From Candidatus Jordarchaeum sp. LHC_1308 (GTDB lineage: Archaea > Asgardarchaeota > Jordiarchaeia > Jordiarchaeales > Freyrarchaeaceae): a DNA stretch of 64,000 bases. The DNA is taken from NCBI GenBank assembly GCA_019057675.1, contig JAHLWX010000001.1:8797-72796 (forward strand). Reading direction: 5' to 3'. Numbering within the stretch: the first letter of the stretch is position 1; every line of letters begins with the position of its first letter. The notes beneath the pieces are model-generated. The model had not been told where the DNA came from and did not search any database. It was given only the letters and a program-made list of their open reading frames with translations. Positions 62,852-64,000 of the stretch are shown here, piece by piece. The translations under genes and the position numbers were made by a program.

Positions 62852-64000
62852 ATGAAGCTCATGTGGCGTGTTATAAGACCAGACTCCATCAATGTTTGGA
62901 GCAACGAACAAGTTCTAACACGACTTAGACGCTATTACGCTATTCTTAGAGATGAAAAACCAGCTAAAATGCTCGTGGCCAGCAAAGTAGAAGTCGACGA
63001 CCTCAACGCTCCACTAGACAAACTCTGGCATCAACATCAAAAGGCTAGTGGAAAGTTTCGCAGTCTTCTCAGAGAGATAGACCAAGGTAAAGTTAAACTA
63101 AGCGATTTAGACATTCCGAAAACATCATACCTAGACCTAAAAGTGGAGCTTTCCAAGCGAATACTGGCAAGTTGTCATTTCTGCGAGAGAAGGTGTGGTG
63201 TAAACCGAATGGAAGGTAAGCATGGTGCTTGTCAGCTTAATGCGAAATCATATGTTTCTTCAGCATTCCTCCACTTTGGAGAAGAAGCTCCACTAGTGCC
63301 CTCAGGCACAAACGCCAGAGATTCTTTCTGGCGGTGCAATCTTTTTCAATATGTGTACGTTTAAATGCGTATTCTGTCAGAACCACGATATTTCTACAGT
63401 AATAGATGGTGTTGAAATAGATGGGGAAAAGTTGGCTAGTTTGGCTCGTCACCTTAAGAAGGAAGGTGCACGAAACATAAATTACGTCGGCGGAGATCCA
63501 ATTCCCTCCGCACATGTAATCATTGAAGCTATAAGGAATCTTGCATGTACGGAGACAAACATCACCCAGCTTTGGAACTCTAACTTTTACTGTAGCAAGG
63601 AACTAATGGCCCTTTTACTTGACATCATAGACTTCTGGCTACCTGACTTTAAGTACGGGAACGATGAATGCGCAGAAAGTCTCTCTAAAGTTAACCGTTA
63701 CTTCGAAGTGGTATCAAGAAATCATAAGTTAGCGTACGATGAAACAGTCGTAGAAGGCACCTCAGGTATGATCATACGTCACTTGGTTCTGCCAGGGCAC
63801 CTAGACTGCTGTACGAAGCCTGTTTTAGAATGGATTGCTGAAAAAACTCCACTAGCTCTCGTGAATATAATGTCGCAGTATCACCCCGACTACTTAGTAC
63901 TTCGAAACCCGGAATATGGAAAAATAAACCGCAGAGTAACGGCTAAAGAAATGAAGGAGGCATATGATTACGCAGACAAACTTGGTTTACTCTGGAGGCC
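62852..64000 (+). pseudogene. PflX-like radical SAM protein (COG1313), apparent frameshift; runs off the window
   Basis: Frame 1 (62852-63364) carries 'CHFCERRCGVNRMEGKHGAC...LHFGEEAPLVPSGT'. The cluster motif 'GGAIFFNMCTFKCVFCQNHD' and the rest ('NYVGGDP', 'WLPDFKY', 'GMIIRHLVLPGH', 'MSQYHP') are in the next frame, open from 63297 to the window end. The shift lies near 63325-63335. Confidence 0.6.

Overview
Gene-dense archaeal chromosomal segment, read from sequence and ORF translations only (no database search). The gene set is archaeal: PolD small subunit, Orc1/Cdc6, SepRS, ArcS/RaSEA, Taw1, Hef, FAU-1, archaeal RibK/RibL and PPAT. Class III RNR, HypF and Fwd-like genes point to an anaerobe. 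The heavily intron-interrupted tRNA genes resemble those of TACK-type lineages. Housekeeping blocks: hisB-H-A-F-IE operon and ilvE; archaeosine/7-deazaguanine genes (raSEA-arcS; queD, a DUF366-like gene, queE); nrdD with a coupled redoxin; an fwdD-A-(FeS)-B-like cluster followed by folD, purH and a family III CoA-transferase; taw1, translin-like, sepS, ribK-ribL, dph5, mtnA, hypF; phoU-like, MoxR-like ATPase and VWA protein; LysR; FAU-1; hef; gcvH; coaD; pheS-pheT. Points worth a second look: (1) A 4.7-kb island of unassignable genes between hypF and cdc6 (37.95-42.6 kb). It holds a divergent AAA+ ATPase, RHH and HTH operon with its own GATATCG operator repeats, a candidate replication origin (ORB-like inverted repeats, four ATGTTAACA palindromes, AT/T-tract region), and a small Cas2/VapD-like ORF inside it. 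(2) All three tRNA genes in the window appear to carry about three inserts each, and every one has an insert in the T-loop. (3) queE and a PflX-like radical-SAM gene are out of frame across their Fe-S cluster motifs. (4) The FwdA homologue lacks the amidohydrolase HxH and Asp signatures. (5) There is a promoter-to-terminator structured small RNA candidate at 62.68 kb. (6) A 2.6-kb ORF-free, G-poor region surrounds two of the tRNAs. No CRISPR array, rRNA, transposase or integrase was recognised. Product calls rest on remembered family motifs, and start codons are approximate.
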